NCBI GenBank assembly: GCA_964016885.1
Contig: OZ024741.1
Span: 100,130,001 to 100,194,000 of the forward strand
Source: Eledone cirrhosa
Taxonomy: Eukaryota
DNA: 64,000 nt
Direction of reading: 5' to 3'
In this document: positions 1 through 15,689 of the stretch, piece after piece
Layout: the number at the start of each line of letters is the position of its first letter
How positions within the stretch are numbered: the stretch's first letter is position 1
Position numbers and translations under genes: made by a program
The notes under the pieces: model-generated
Databases searched by the model: none
What the model was told of the DNA's origin: nothing
Seen by the model: the letters and a program-made list of their open reading frames with translations, nothing else

Positions 1-129
1 GATAAGGATAAATATATATCAAATATATGAGAAACGTAGAGCAAATATTTAGTTTCAGAAGATCCCGTTAAGGGTGAAAGCAGCGATTATTTGCTTAAAA
101 TTTAATCTGTTATTTTAATAAATAAATAT

Positions 130-1430
130 ATACCATCCCTAATCACCAATGGATTCCAATGTGCCCTAAAATTAGACATCCAGGAACTCAGAAACCCCAA
201 ACCCAGGAGTGAACCGCAACAAAAGACTCTACCATACATCTCCAGACACAACCCCGTCAACAATGAGGCATTCGATACCATCCTCCAGAACATTCCTTTA
301 CTAAAAAGAGACCCAAGAATGAACAATATCCTCCAAACACACAACATCATAAAGAGCAAAAGACAACACAAATCCATAAAAAAACATCCTCACATAAGCC
401 AAAATCCAACAAAACTTCACAATAAACCCTACAGTAACAAAATGTGGAGGCCCAACTGTGGCATATGCATAAACCTAATAGAAGGTTCAACATTCCATTT
501 TAAACAAGGACAACGTTTCACAGTTAAACACAACTTTACACGTGCATCTGAAAACCTTATCTATGTTTTGACTTGCTCAGATTGTCTAGAGCTCTATATA
601 GGACAGACAAAAAGAGCCTTCGTCGACGTATGACCGTCCATAAATCACAAATTAAAATACAGGAATACAGACAGATTGCATTTAGTGAACATATCACCAA
701 TTGTGCTCTCAACCAACTTCCAAACTTTAAAACTTTCCCGATTTACAAATTCATAGACAACGTACTTTCATCCAACGCACCAATAAGGAAACACATTTCA
801 TTAATAAATTTCAACCAATACTCAATGCCCTGAAATTCGGACCTATCTAAAACTGCAACAAACCATTAAACATTTACAAGAGTTACCTCCCTCACATCTT
901 ACCCAATCCTTTTTCTTAAATAAATTAAATATCACCCAACAATAATTGCTTCCCCTGCATATTAACTCTCTAAAAAAAGAAATCATATCAAACCACAGTC
1001 CACCATTTGCCTCCTTGACGGAACCATGGTTCAACTAAACACTATTGCGATATTAACACATTTGGAACTGCATAACTTCAATGTCTGTGCTTGTAAATAA
1101 CATTAACCTTTCTTCCACATTGACTTTTTACGTTCCACATTATGTACGTTTTTTTTTTCCTTTTTCTTTTTTCTTTTCACTTCTTAAACGTTGTTTGTAT
1201 ATAACATTATTCTTTCTGCACCTCCTGTTTAACAAGTACGACACCACACTAATACATTTCACTATCATTTGATAATGCATATAAATGCAGAAACCGGTAA
1301 TAGACAATAATAAAATATATAAATAGATAAATAAATCCCATTGTTAAATAATAAATAAATCAACTAATACTTTAACACTTCACACAAAGTAAAACATTTC
1401 GTTTTAATCATTTTCTAACCCAGAAAAAAG
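130..1430 (+). mobile_element. Penelope-like element 3' fragment (frameshifted GIY-YIG endonuclease at 319-833 plus AT-rich 3' region with degenerate hammerhead-like motif at about 1268-1300)
   Basis: ORFs 319-633 and 573-833 join to CGICINL...NLIYVLTCSDCLELYIGQTKR/SLRRRMTVHKSQI...FSEHITNC, a GIY-YIG with CxxC linker. TTGATAA-TGCAT-ATAA-ATGCA-GAAACCGGTA lies downstream. Confidence 0.85.
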
Positions 1431-1495
1431 AGAGAGAGAGATAAAAAAAGGAAAAAATATATTTTTCTTCCTCATAATCGTCTCTTTCTCCCTGT

Positions 1496-2005
<510 letters not shown>

Positions 2006-2295
2006 GATATATATATATATCATTTATGTTCGGTTGCTTACCAATGGATAAAACTGGTGGAATAGATAAACAGACAGGACACAGAGAGAGAAAAATAAAG
2101 TACGTCAACACTTTACCAGAAAAGAAATAATAAACCACTTATTTCCGACTCTTTTTTTATTTTCATTGTTCAATACACACACACATATACACAGACACAC
2201 TCACAGGCACACACACATAGTCACACACAGACACACACAGACACACACAGACACACAAACAGACAGACACACAGACTCACACGCATACATACGCC

Positions 2296-2386
<91 letters not shown>

Positions 2387-2474
2387 CATGTGTGTGTGTA
2401 AAAGGTAAACAGAAATAACAACACAATCGGTACAGGGATATATTAGGTTAACGCTTGATATAGCATGGAGAGGG

Positions 2475-2510
2475 TCTTAACGTTTCGGACGCTAGTCCTT
2501 CATCAGAAGA
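2475..2510 (-). ncRNA. Minimal type I hammerhead ribozyme motif (PLE-type)
   Basis: Minus strand reads TCTT-CTGATGA-A-GGAC-TAGC-GTCC-GAAA-CG-TT-AAGA: intact core, stems I and II, palindromic stem III, GUU site. Confidence 0.8.
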
Positions 2511-2737
2511 AAGAATAAGAAATAAGATAGATTGAGGGGACGGGTGGGTTGGAATTGGATAAAAATGTCTTCAGATAAAAATAACAGGTCCAAGGCTAAA
2601 TAGTAAATCTTGATACTTGGAGTTTTACCTGTTTATGAAAAGGTCATCAGACAAACATATATATATATGTAAATATATATAAGAAGCGAATCTGTTCTGT
2701 TGTTATTGTATTATATACAATTGCAACAATATATATA

Positions 2738-3210
2738 TGGGATAACAAGTTATCGTTATAGGTAATCCAGTTAGAGATTGTGAGTACTCTGCTAACGTAC
2801 GGCTTTGTTTGACTCAGCAAGATGCTTCCATAGTTATGCAGCGAGTTCGCGGTAATTTCTATGCAGGTTATACTTGGAGTAATAATAGTTAAAGAATGAA
2901 GAGTAACATGGTTGGCTGTACAATAAATGGCTTTATTTAAAGTACTGACAATTGTTTCGTTAATCAGGTGAGTCTAGAGTTCGCTAATTGCTTGAGGTTG
3001 CGTCACTCGATCTCCAATACATTATTTACCTCTGATCAACACATCAGAGTACGTAAAATATATCTACGTGCTCTGATGTGTTGACCAGAGGTAAATAAGG
3101 TATTGGAGATCCAGTGACGCAACCTCAAGCGATTAACGAACTCTGATCAACGAAACAATTGTTAGTACATTAAATAAACCCCCTTATTGTACAGCCAACC
3201 ATGTTGGCTT
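2738..3210. mobile_element. Fold-back PLE-end insertion, arms 2905-3055 / 3065-3205, left-only tail 2738-2904
   Basis: Roughly 150-bp imperfect palindrome centred near 3060, between (AT)n tracts. Related to 39783-40115. Confidence 0.8.
2942..3052 (-). ncRNA. Hammerhead motif with long stem II (variant core CUGAUGU); mirror copy on + strand at 3068-3168
   Basis: GTACT-CTGATGT-GTTGATCAG...CTGATTAAC-GAAA-CAATTG-TC-AGTAC, with a GUC site and palindromic stem III. Confidence 0.65.
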
Positions 3211-3227
3211 ATATATATATATATATA

Positions 3228-3741
3228 ACTGCGTATGTCCGGAATAGAATGTTCGAGTATATTAGAATGTTGCTGTTATTCAATCCGGAGCTTTGTAGTT
3301 ATGCAAGAGGTGTTTCCAGACGGGTGGACAACGTGGGAAGATTTCATATCTTGAATTTAGGCAATCGCTATTGCATAATCTCCTTAGAATATTTTCCTTT
3401 CTTCAATACACAGTCCACAACACGAAATGCCCCTTGCTCACGGCTTAGACTTAGTGATGGTTTTCAATTGAATGTATGATCGTTTGCCCGGGTACCTAAA
3501 GATCGACTTATGGTTCAGGAAGCGTTCCTTAAAAAGGCCCTCCACCACACCAACATAGGATTTGACCTCGTGTGGTGGATTTGGTCAGTTGGAAGTGACC
3601 ACAGCTTCATAAACTACAGCGGGTGTGTTGCATTGTAGTTGAAGGGGACAAGCTTTAGGCTTTCGGCAAGAGCACCCTGGTGAGATGCCACTGTTAGGAT
3701 TGTTGGTGATACTGGGCTTTCATATTCTTAGCGCAGGAGTA

Positions 3742-3743
<2 letters not shown>
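3228..3743 (-). mobile_element. Decayed Penelope-like (Naiad-like) GIY-YIG fragment
   Basis: Manual minus-strand translation: GCSCRKPKACPLQLQCNTPAVVYEAVV...KSYVGVVEGLFKERFLNHKSIFR, then CGLCIEERK...CLNSRYEIFPRCP. Contains a stop and frameshifts. Confidence 0.8.
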
Positions 3744-3805
<62 letters not shown>

Positions 3806-4832
3806 AGAGAGAGAGAGTGTGGGGGGGGGAGAACAAGAGAGAGAGAGATTTTTTTCCGATTATGTGTTTCCCAGTTGTTCGAACAGCGAATCCAAATTCC
3901 ACTTGCAATTAACGTGTAAGTGACTGTGCCTTGACGTAATTGTTTAACGTAGTTCTGTGAGAGATTGGAGCATGATACAAAGTGTTTTAAAGCTGTGCGC
4001 TTTGAAAGACAGATAACATTCATGTTTTCCAGCTGAAAGGACCAGCGGAATGTGAAATGAACTCTCTCGCTCAACGACACTGCACCAACAGGAATCGCAA
4101 TCACGACGTTACTATTACAAAGCTAACATAGAAACAATAAAGCAACACTTATATATAATATTTAAAGTGAGAGATCGATTAATGTAACTTTAGATCAGCA
4201 TCGATGTATTCAGACATTATGAACTGGTTTATATTTCTCCACATTAAGAAATTCGCTGAAATTTGCAGTTAAAATTATTATGTGAAAGAAAAATACATAA
4301 CATAGAATCGAACCTGTATCACCAGCTGAAACACGTGCAGTGTTATTATTGTTCCCCTATCACATATGGCATTCCTTCAAACCACCTATATTTTTCGATC
4401 TTATGTATGCAAAAGAAATGAAATATTGTTATTTGAACTTTATTGTTGTTATGATTAATTATGGTGTTAATAATATTTCATTTACTTTCTACTTCTGTAT
4501 CAATTTATTTCACATATAAAATCCGCTGCTCTACCTTCCTTCTAAAACAACGAAATAATTCAACGGTATCCCATCAAAGAAGGGTTTATCTTTCATCAAA
4601 GACACGAAGAAATGCGTGATATTCGTAATCAATAGATTACATGCTTGTATAATAACATACACGTATTTCCTTTGTAAATCTCTTTTTACTCACATCTCAT
4701 GAAGCCTGCTCAATCTCTATTCTATCTTTAGTGACATAAACTATTGCCAACACTGACTGTGGATTGATTTTTATGCAGTCCTATCTGAATACGATTGAAC
4801 GGAATATATTTTTACAGTAGGGGTATTTTCTT

Positions 4833-4873
<41 letters not shown>

Positions 4874-5299
4874 CTATTATTTTTTCAACCCATCTTAATA
4901 GCTTTTAAGCCTCATACAGTTCTGGTTAACTCCCAAACAACGAAATCTATCTGATGCATATTAAATTTTCGCTTGGTCTATTTTTGAGTCATAATCAATA
5001 GCGCGGAAATAAATACGCTTCGACAGTCTGACCGATCTTAGACACATGGTACGAAGGTAACGAATTCGGCCGTGAACCAAAGACATCTTATGTCATGCGG
5101 AATATTTTCTTTGATGTGAATATTTAACTTGATCTCCTCAGTAAATGCTTTTAATAACACTGTAGTAGTAGATGTCTTCGATATGCCCATACACTAAAAA
5201 ATACGCGCACACACTTAAACACACAGTCACAGACACACACATAGACAGGCACAGACACAGACACAGACACACACACACAGACACACACACACAGACACA

Positions 5300-5423
<124 letters not shown>

Positions 5424-5915
5424 TCCTGTTGTGGAATACATATAGTACATTGACTATATAGTTACATTTCTACATATTTCAACCTATTCCAAGAATACAA
5501 AAACTCAACTTGGTTTATAACACCACTGCCTACCCAATTTACTTTTCGTTATCCAACATTCGATGTAATGAATTAAAATGAAGGGTTTGATTCACGCGCT
5601 CAATGAGAATGTTGGCTATGTGCAATTCTCTATAATGAGAAGTCATAAACGAGAAAATGTCTATTTTCAGGTTTATGGATTAACTTGTGCTGGGAGAGAT
5701 TTAAAATCATTCTCTTTTTGGGGCATTTAATAATAAAACCCTCAAAAGCTTATTACAGAAACTATTAACTATATACGCATCGTTGTAAATAAGTGATGTG
5801 ATCAATATACCCACCGAATGAAATACAGAATTGTCCAAATGTTCGGTAGACTCTGTATTTTAAATAGCTGAAACGCAACTATTAGATCAAATTATCTTAT
5901 ATCTCTCAATACTCA

Positions 5916-6037
<122 letters not shown>

Positions 6038-6240
6038 TAATGGTAGCTAAGATGCTTCCGTAGACGGTATATATATATATATATATATGAGAAAACACAA
6101 AGTGTTATCCACTTTACTCTAACTTTGAGAGACAAATGATAAGCTATGGTCCAACATGTCTCTGTCACACCCGTTTTATAAGCAGGTTAGTTGTCTACTG
6201 CTGCTATCTATGACTCCCTATCTATGTATCTATCTATCTA

Positions 6241-7365
6241 CACGCATTAAGGCTACGGCACCTCTACGTATTCCTCACCGGACAACCGGTGTGGGCCTCG
6301 TTTGTGAGACGAACCTTTCCCAGACTCGTCTCACTCACCGAGCTGCAATCCTGGGTCAAGCAAAGACCGAGAAAACTGGGCGCCTGGCACACTGAGTGTG
6401 CCCAGGCGCTCACCGCCCTCTGGCAGGCGGATCCGGTTATCAATGGAGACTCCACCGCAACATTCTATAGAGGGCTGGTACGCAGCAGGTGCGACGACGC
6501 CCTCGGAGAAGCCCTAGACATGGAGGAGGACGAACTGGCCAGCCTGTTCGGTAGGACATTCAGCCCAGGACCTATGGACAACTTCCAGAAGTCCCTGGCC
6601 TGGCAGTGCTACCGAGGGGCTTTACCCGTTCGAGAAAGGCTCTACAGACACGGGCGCCCGGGTAGGGACCCCGCCAAAAAGATCTGTCCCAGATGCGTGT
6701 GCGACGAGGAAACCGTTGCACACGCATTGGTACACTGCTCGGGCGTAGCCGATCTGTGGGGCTATGTCGAACAACTGCTGTCAAGGGTGGGACCGATCCG
6801 GTTGACCACCGAGTCTATTGTAATGATCAAGCCGCCTCCCCCCTTCAAAGATGAAGCAGAGGCGGTGTTTCTGTGCGTAATAGCCATGGCGAAAGAGGTT
6901 GTATGGTGGACGCGTCTGAAAGGACTGAGGTCAGGCACCTTTCTCTCTGGCCAACAACTGGTCCGTTTCTTCCGATATCATTTCGGAAGAAGGATCAGGA
7001 TGGAGAGAGAGGTGCTGCACCCCTGCCGTTTCTATGAAAGATGGGTGAAAGTGGCGAGAATGGCCCGTGTGAATGGGCCTTCACTCTACATCAGACTATA
7101 GGTGAGGAAGATGAAAGACCAAGGGAGCACCCCTTCTCTGTGCTCCTGAGGAGAAGGGTTGCACACTTTTTTCGGGGGTGTGTGCGACCCCCCAAGGCGC
7201 CTCCTCTCTATTGAGGATTTTGTTAAAAATTTTATTTTTTGTTATATCTTATTTTATTTTTATATTTTGTTATTGCCTCCTCCTTATTGAGGACGCCTTT
7301 TTGTGTAAACTCCCCCCTTTGTACTTGTCCCACTTTTGATGCCCTAGTGGCAAATAAAAGAAATA
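6241..7365 (+). mobile_element. 5'-truncated Tx1-clade LINE copy (ORF2 C-terminus with CCHC knuckle, stop at 7101, intact 3' UTR)
   Basis: 6241-7017 is nearly identical to 9916-10692 (about 5 substitutions seen in 777 bp). Encodes CPRCVCDEETVAHALVHC and ends AATAAAAGAAATA. Flanked by TATCTATCTACACGCAT at 6231-6247 and 7366-7382. Confidence 0.93.
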
Positions 7366-7382
7366 TATCTATCTACACGCAT

Positions 7383-10300
7383 CTCGTCTTGGAAGCAAGC
7401 AATGCTTCTAAATGACCTCAGGTCACAATCTATAAATGTGATGGTTATCTGCGAGGCCCGGATCAGCAGCATGCGACAGCTAGCCCCCACCTTTGACGAC
7501 TTTGAGATGCACGCATCTCTCTGTCAGCCCGGAGGTGGGGGCGGGGTTGTCGTTCTGCTGCAAAAACATATGGGCCTTGCAACACAGATAGTTCACTTGG
7601 ACCCAGGAGGTCGACTGGTGGTGCGGGACCTTGGCAGTGGTGAAGGTAGAGCCTTTAGGCTGGTAGCCGCATATGCCCCTTTTGGGACTGAGCGGCCCGA
7701 CTTTTTCCAGCGTCTGGAGTCTTTTCTAGGGACGTCCCGTTCTCTGCTTTTAGTGGGGGATTGGAATGGTATCCTGGATGCACGTTGGGACTATGCAGGG
7801 GCTTGTCTCGATAGAGAGAGGTGCAACAACCTCAAGGGGTCACTCGGCCGATTTGACCTGGCCGATAGATTTCGACTAGATTTTCCGACGGTGCCAACCT
7901 GGTCTTGGTCAAATCGCAGCGGATCATCTAGGTCGTACCTAGATAGATTTTTAGTTAGAAATAAGGACAGGGACTTTTTAAGTTGTCCAGAAATGCTCAT
8001 GGTTGGCTATTCAGACCACAAGTTGGTGACCTGCATGGTCAACCTTGATAGAACGCATAGACAGGGCCCCGGTTACTGGAAGCTCAACTTGTCCTTGCCG
8101 GCAAGTAGAGCCTACAGGGATCGAATTAGTACGTTAGTTAAGGAACGGTTGACTGGAGCGATCGTCAACAGCAGGTGGTGGGTATCGCTAAAGAGAGAGA
8201 TTAGAGTAGTCTCGATAGAATTTAGTAAGGTTCTAGCTGCGGATAGGAATAGGAAGGAAAGGGAGCTAATAGATAGAGTAGAAGAGGCTATTAGAAGCGG
8301 CGACGTGGCCAGAGTGCTAGCGTCGAGAACGGCTTTGAGCCAGTTTTTCGACGCGAAGCACGAAGGCTGCGTTGTCCGAAGTAAAATACGTGCTCTAGGG
8401 AACGAGGGGACCAAAGCTGTTAGCTGGGCCCGCGTGACAGAGGCCAACAGTGGAACTAAATCCACCATCCGGTCTTTGCGAGACCTGGATGGACGGGCGA
8501 TTCTTGATCCTAAGCAGATGTGTGAGGCCTTTCAAAGGCACTTTGCCCGACTGTTCGGGAGGGGCGGGGAGCCGGTTGGGAACGTGGACTTCGGTCCATA
8601 CCTCGACGGCCTGCCGCGCCTCTCGGACAGGGAGGCGAAGTCCTGCGAGGAGCCGATTTCGGCCGCTGAGATAAAGGACGTGCTGAGCCAATGCGGCAAA
8701 CGCAAATCCCCGGGTCTCGATGGTCTTCCTTACGAATTATATCTAGCTATGCCGGACTTGTTCCCCGATCTCCTCGAGGCGGTCTACTGCAACTGGCAAC
8801 AGAACGGGAGAATTCCCTGTACTGTGACCAAGGGCGTAGTCACGCTAGTGAGGAAGGACGAGAACAAGGGGGACGAAATAAGTAACTTCAGGCCCATAAC
8901 TCTGCTAAATACAGAGTTACAGATTTTGGCCAAGGTGCTAGCAAAGAGGTTGGCGCTTGTCGTGGGCAACCTGGTGGGAGATGCGCAGACATGTGCTATC
9001 CCGTCCAGGTCCATCCACGATAACCTCCACCTCATGCGATACATCATAGAGAGGGTTGGGAACGAACCCGGCTTTGGTGGGGCCCTGATCAACTTGGATC
9101 AATCTAAGGCATTCGATAGGGTCGACCATGGTTACCTGGATGCGGTGCTAGCGGCGGCAGGCTTCGGACCCGTTTTCAGGGGCTGGATCAATGCCATGCA
9201 CAGCAGCCACATCTGCTCTAGGGTCAAGGTGAACGGCTACCTCTCGGAGCCGTTCAAAATCGCGCGGTCCATCCGACAAGGGTGCCCTCTCTCCTCCCTT
9301 CTGTATGTGTTGACTCTCGAGCCACTACTGCGGAAGTTGGAGTTGTTGCAGGGCATCCCTTTGGAACCGGGATTGCGGAAAGCGGTGTCGGCTTACGCCG
9401 ATGACGTGACAGTAATGGTGTCGACGGCCTCCGAAATAGAGGCGGTCGGCACCTTACTGGAGGAGTACGAAAGGTTCACAGGGGCTAAGCTGAACCGGGA
9501 CAAGTCGATCGGTTTGCAGCTCGGCACGTGGAGGGGCAGACCGATGCCCTCCGATGGCGTCGTCGGACGCTGGACGGAGGGCCCGGTGAAGTTGCTCGGG
9601 GTCTGGTTCGGACCGGACCTCCAGGTGGAGAAAAACTGGGCGGAGGTTACGAACAGGGTGTTTGCACTGACCCAGAAGTGGGCCAGTTGCAAACTATCCC
9701 TGAAAGGTCGGGCGGAGGTGGCGAACACCTACATAGCGTCCGTCATCTACTACCGCCTGACCGTAGTGCCCTGCCCAAGGGAAACCCCCACCAATATGGA
9801 GCGCGCACTCTTCCAATTCCTTTGGAAGAGGCGGGCTCCTATGGTGAGGAGATCCATCTGCTGTCAACACCCTTCGAAAGGAGGGCTGGGGATGCCGTGG
9901 CTAATGATGCGTAAACACGCATTAAGGCTACGGCACCTCTACGTATTCCTCACCGGTCAACCGGTGTGGGCCTCGTTTGTGAGACGAACCTTTCCCAGAC
10001 TCGTCTCACTCACCGAGCTGCAATCCTGGGTCAAGCAAAGACCGAGAAAACTGGGCGCCTGGCACACTGAGTGTGCCCAGGCGCTCACCGCCCTCTGGCA
10101 GGCGGATCCGGTTATCAGTGGAGACTCCACCGCAACATTCTATAGAGGGCTGGTACGCAGCAGGTGCGACGACGCCCTCGGAGAAGCCCTAGACATGGAG
10201 GAGGACGAACTGGCCAGCCTGTTCGGTAGGACATTCAGCCCGGGACCTATGGACAACTTCCAGAAGTCTCTGGCCTGGCAGTGCTACCGAGGGGCTTTAC

Positions 10301-10692
10301 CTGTTCGAGAAAGGCTCTACAGACACGGGCGCCCGGGTAGGGACCCCGCCAAAAAGATCTGTCCCAGATGCGTGTGCGACGAGGAAACCGTTGCACACGC
10401 ATTGGTACACTGCTCGGGCGTAGCCGATCTGTGGGGCTATGTCGAACAACTGCTGTCAAGGGTGGGACCGATCCGGTTGACCACCGAGTCTATTGTAATG
10501 ATCAAGCCGCCTCCCCCCTTCAAAGATGAAGCAGAGGCGGTGTTTCTGTGCGTAATAGCCATGGCGAAAGAGGTTGTATGGTGGACGCGTCTGAAAGGAC
10601 TGAGGTCAGGCACCTTTCTCTCTGGCCAACAACTGGTCCGTTTCTTCCGATATCATTTCGGAAGAAGGATCAGGATGGAGAGAGAGGTGCTG
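7383..10692 (+). mobile_element. Tx1-clade (L1 group) non-LTR retrotransposon, ORF1 missing, 3' end missing
   Basis: GC-rich block carrying the APE-RT ORF. Homology to the upstream copy stops abruptly at 10692. Confidence 0.93.
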
Positions 10693-10704
10693 TGTCAGTA
10701 TTGA
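7402..10704 (+). CDS. Tx1-like ORF2: apurinic-like endonuclease + reverse transcriptase + zf-RVT/CCHC (1100 aa, extreme N- and C-termini truncated)
   Basis: APE motifs AYAP, VGDWN, YLDRF, YSDHK, GPGYWKLN. RT motifs KSPGLDGLP, NFRPITLLN, LDQSKAFDRV, IRQGCPLS, AYADDV, KGGLG. C-terminal CPRC...H...C. Confidence 0.93.
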   Translation: MLLNDLRSQSINVMVICEARISSMRQLAPTFDDFEMHASLCQPGGGGGVVVLLQKHMGLATQIVHLDPGGRLVVRDLGSGEGRAFRLVAAYAPFGTERPDFFQRLESFLGTSRSLLLVGDWNGILDARWDYAGACLDRERCNNLKGSLGRFDLADRFRLDFPTVPTWSWSNRSGSSRSYLDRFLVRNKDRDFLSCPEMLMVGYSDHKLVTCMVNLDRTHRQGPGYWKLNLSLPASRAYRDRISTLVKERLTGAIVNSRWWVSLKREIRVVSIEFSKVLAADRNRKERELIDRVEEAIRSGDVARVLASRTALSQFFDAKHEGCVVRSKIRALGNEGTKAVSWARVTEANSGTKSTIRSLRDLDGRAILDPKQMCEAFQRHFARLFGRGGEPVGNVDFGPYLDGLPRLSDREAKSCEEPISAAEIKDVLSQCGKRKSPGLDGLPYELYLAMPDLFPDLLEAVYCNWQQNGRIPCTVTKGVVTLVRKDENKGDEISNFRPITLLNTELQILAKVLAKRLALVVGNLVGDAQTCAIPSRSIHDNLHLMRYIIERVGNEPGFGGALINLDQSKAFDRVDHGYLDAVLAAAGFGPVFRGWINAMHSSHICSRVKVNGYLSEPFKIARSIRQGCPLSSLLYVLTLEPLLRKLELLQGIPLEPGLRKAVSAYADDVTVMVSTASEIEAVGTLLEEYERFTGAKLNRDKSIGLQLGTWRGRPMPSDGVVGRWTEGPVKLLGVWFGPDLQVEKNWAEVTNRVFALTQKWASCKLSLKGRAEVANTYIASVIYYRLTVVPCPRETPTNMERALFQFLWKRRAPMVRRSICCQHPSKGGLGMPWLMMRKHALRLRHLYVFLTGQPVWASFVRRTFPRLVSLTELQSWVKQRPRKLGAWHTECAQALTALWQADPVISGDSTATFYRGLVRSRCDDALGEALDMEEDELASLFGRTFSPGPMDNFQKSLAWQCYRGALPVRERLYRHGRPGRDPAKKICPRCVCDEETVAHALVHCSGVADLWGYVEQLLSRVGPIRLTTESIVMIKPPPPFKDEAEAVFLCVIAMAKEVVWWTRLKGLRSGTFLSGQQLVRFFRYHFGRRIRMEREVLCQY

Positions 10705-11010
10705 ACAAAAAGGTGACGTGGTTACCTAAACACTGTACGGCGTAAATCAGGCTGTTCGTTTGTTTACAAACGAACAAAGCGAACATTATAATAAATGTTC
10801 GGTAAACTGATACGTGCATATATATATATGTGTGCCTATATGTATATATATATGTATATATATATATATATATGTATATACGTGCTACTGTACGTCTGTA
10901 TACATATATGTACATACGTATACATTCATACTTACATTTAAGTAAGTGCTGTAATAAGAGTGAGAAATGAAATTTCGTTTCATTCTATTCCATATATAAA
11001 TATATATATA

Positions 11011-11197
11011 GGAAAAGTCTTAACCCCGACGCCGGGACTCGAGCCGTTTCGACGGCTATTCCTGGACTCCGGAAATAGCCGTCTTGAGCTGTGCCGTCGG
11101 GGTTAACCTTTTTCTTATTACCCACTCTACTACCCTAATCTTTAGTACTCTGGAGTGTTATAGTCCATCTGGTTCCTTATCACACGTCCTTCGTTAT
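11011..11197. mobile_element. Small fold-back of PLE family-A 3' end (arms about 11011-11068 / 11070-11114, tail to 11197)
   Basis: Same sequence as the termini of the 12285-14955 palindrome and as 46395-46548 and 53613-53750. Confidence 0.75.
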
Positions 11198-12244
11198 AAA
11201 TAATAAAAAATATAGATGTGCATATACACGTACACACACACACACCCTGACATATACTCATTTATGTATATACGTATATATATATATATATATATATATG
11301 AAGAGCATATTTTAATGTTTGTGACCTGTTCACTTACATTCATTCTATTTCCTCCTCCTTACTTTCTTCTCTTCCTTCCTTCGAATCAACTCACATCGAG
11401 CCGCTGATGTCTGTGCTTCGCGGAAATATTATTCCCAAGGCCGCTTCGACGGTATTTTCCTGTTCTAACCGCTTCCATACGCCGAGTTTTCCAATTTCAC
11501 TGAGAATATATATATATACAAACGTACATGGAAAAATATATGTATACATACATATATTGAAATCGAAGTTGAAAGGTCTTGAGACTGTGGAAAAGAGAAA
11601 TAATAAAATTGTAACCAAGGAGCTAAGAACACTCACAGACAATGACATCCAGTGTAACGATCAATGGTAAAAAACATTTGAACATCTGTGTGACTTTGCA
11701 ACGGCGGTACTTTGGGGAAATTAACTTGTAAATTCATCTAATTTCATATACATCTAATATACATTGAAATAAAACATCAGTACCCTTACTTTTGGAGAAA
11801 CCTCGTATTGCTATCAATTATCATTTGATTATAATAACCAAAAAATTAAGTACAACAAGAAATAAAACATTAAATGAGGAAGGAGAAAGATGTGTTAACT
11901 TACACTCCTGCACAGCGTATAAAACTGATAACATGCGAGAATAGATATGAAGATGTTTAAAAAAACTATTGAAAAGAGAAAATTACGAAATATCAACTCC
12001 GATATTACTTTCGTAAATTTTAGAGTTTTTATAAATTGACGGTATCTTTTACATAATTATTGGATATATTTATTGATTTCATAGATTAATATAACCGTTT
12101 TGTTTACCGTAATATTTAATATAATATATGTAATTTAGAACTCTGAAATTGTAAAGTTAATTCTTAAGACTTGTTCGTATGTATGTTTCTTTAGATACGT
12201 AAATATGCGTGTTGAACACATATACATATACCATACGCACTCGC

Positions 12245-15000
<2,756 letters not shown>

Positions 15001-15187
15001 TATATATATATGCGTATATATATTTCTATATACGTATATATAATTGCTGTGTCACGCAGTGCAAAAGGAGAATGTATCGCAGTATTTAGTAATATGTCAA
15101 GTCGCAACGAAGATTTCAGGAAGATAATACTTTCCTCAAAAAGCGCGCAGTACCTAGAAAACCGGCTTTATTTATTACCGGTAACAT

Positions 15188-15472
15188 CTATAGTATTGAC
15201 AGACGTTTGAAGAACTTTTGAAGTTTCAATGGGATTGACACTAATGCCACAATCTCAAGTGGTGTCACTTTCACATTGCCCTCTTGCTTTCCAAATAGAC
15301 ATGCCTGCTCCACTTCAGAGTATTTGGCGAGTTTTTCAGTCTCCTTACTTGCAATAGCCCTGTCATTGGGTATGGCTCCGTCGGTGATGTTACAGTATTT
15401 GTATTTCTTATTCAATAAGACAATGTACGGTTGGCGATGCTCAATTATTCTATCAGAGCCGTGGATTGACAA
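15188..15472 (-). mobile_element. Restriction-like endonuclease fragment of an R4/Dong-type non-LTR element
   Basis: [28 protein letters not shown]...[12 protein letters not shown] matches the decayed PD..D-x-P...KxxKY RLE pattern. Confidence 0.7.
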
Positions 15473-15558
15473 TATGTGCGCTGAATTACAGAATATCTGT
15501 AGCGATCGGGTACGCCCGAGGTTTTTTATTAATCAAAAGACCAGGAGGAAAAGAAGAG

Positions 15559-15659
<101 letters not shown>

Positions 15660-15689
15660 TATATACATATATATATACCTACATACATA

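Noticed and set aside
7791-10459. Antisense and alternative-frame ORFs inside the Tx1 element
   Set aside because: Shadow ORFs of a GC-rich coding sequence with no motifs.
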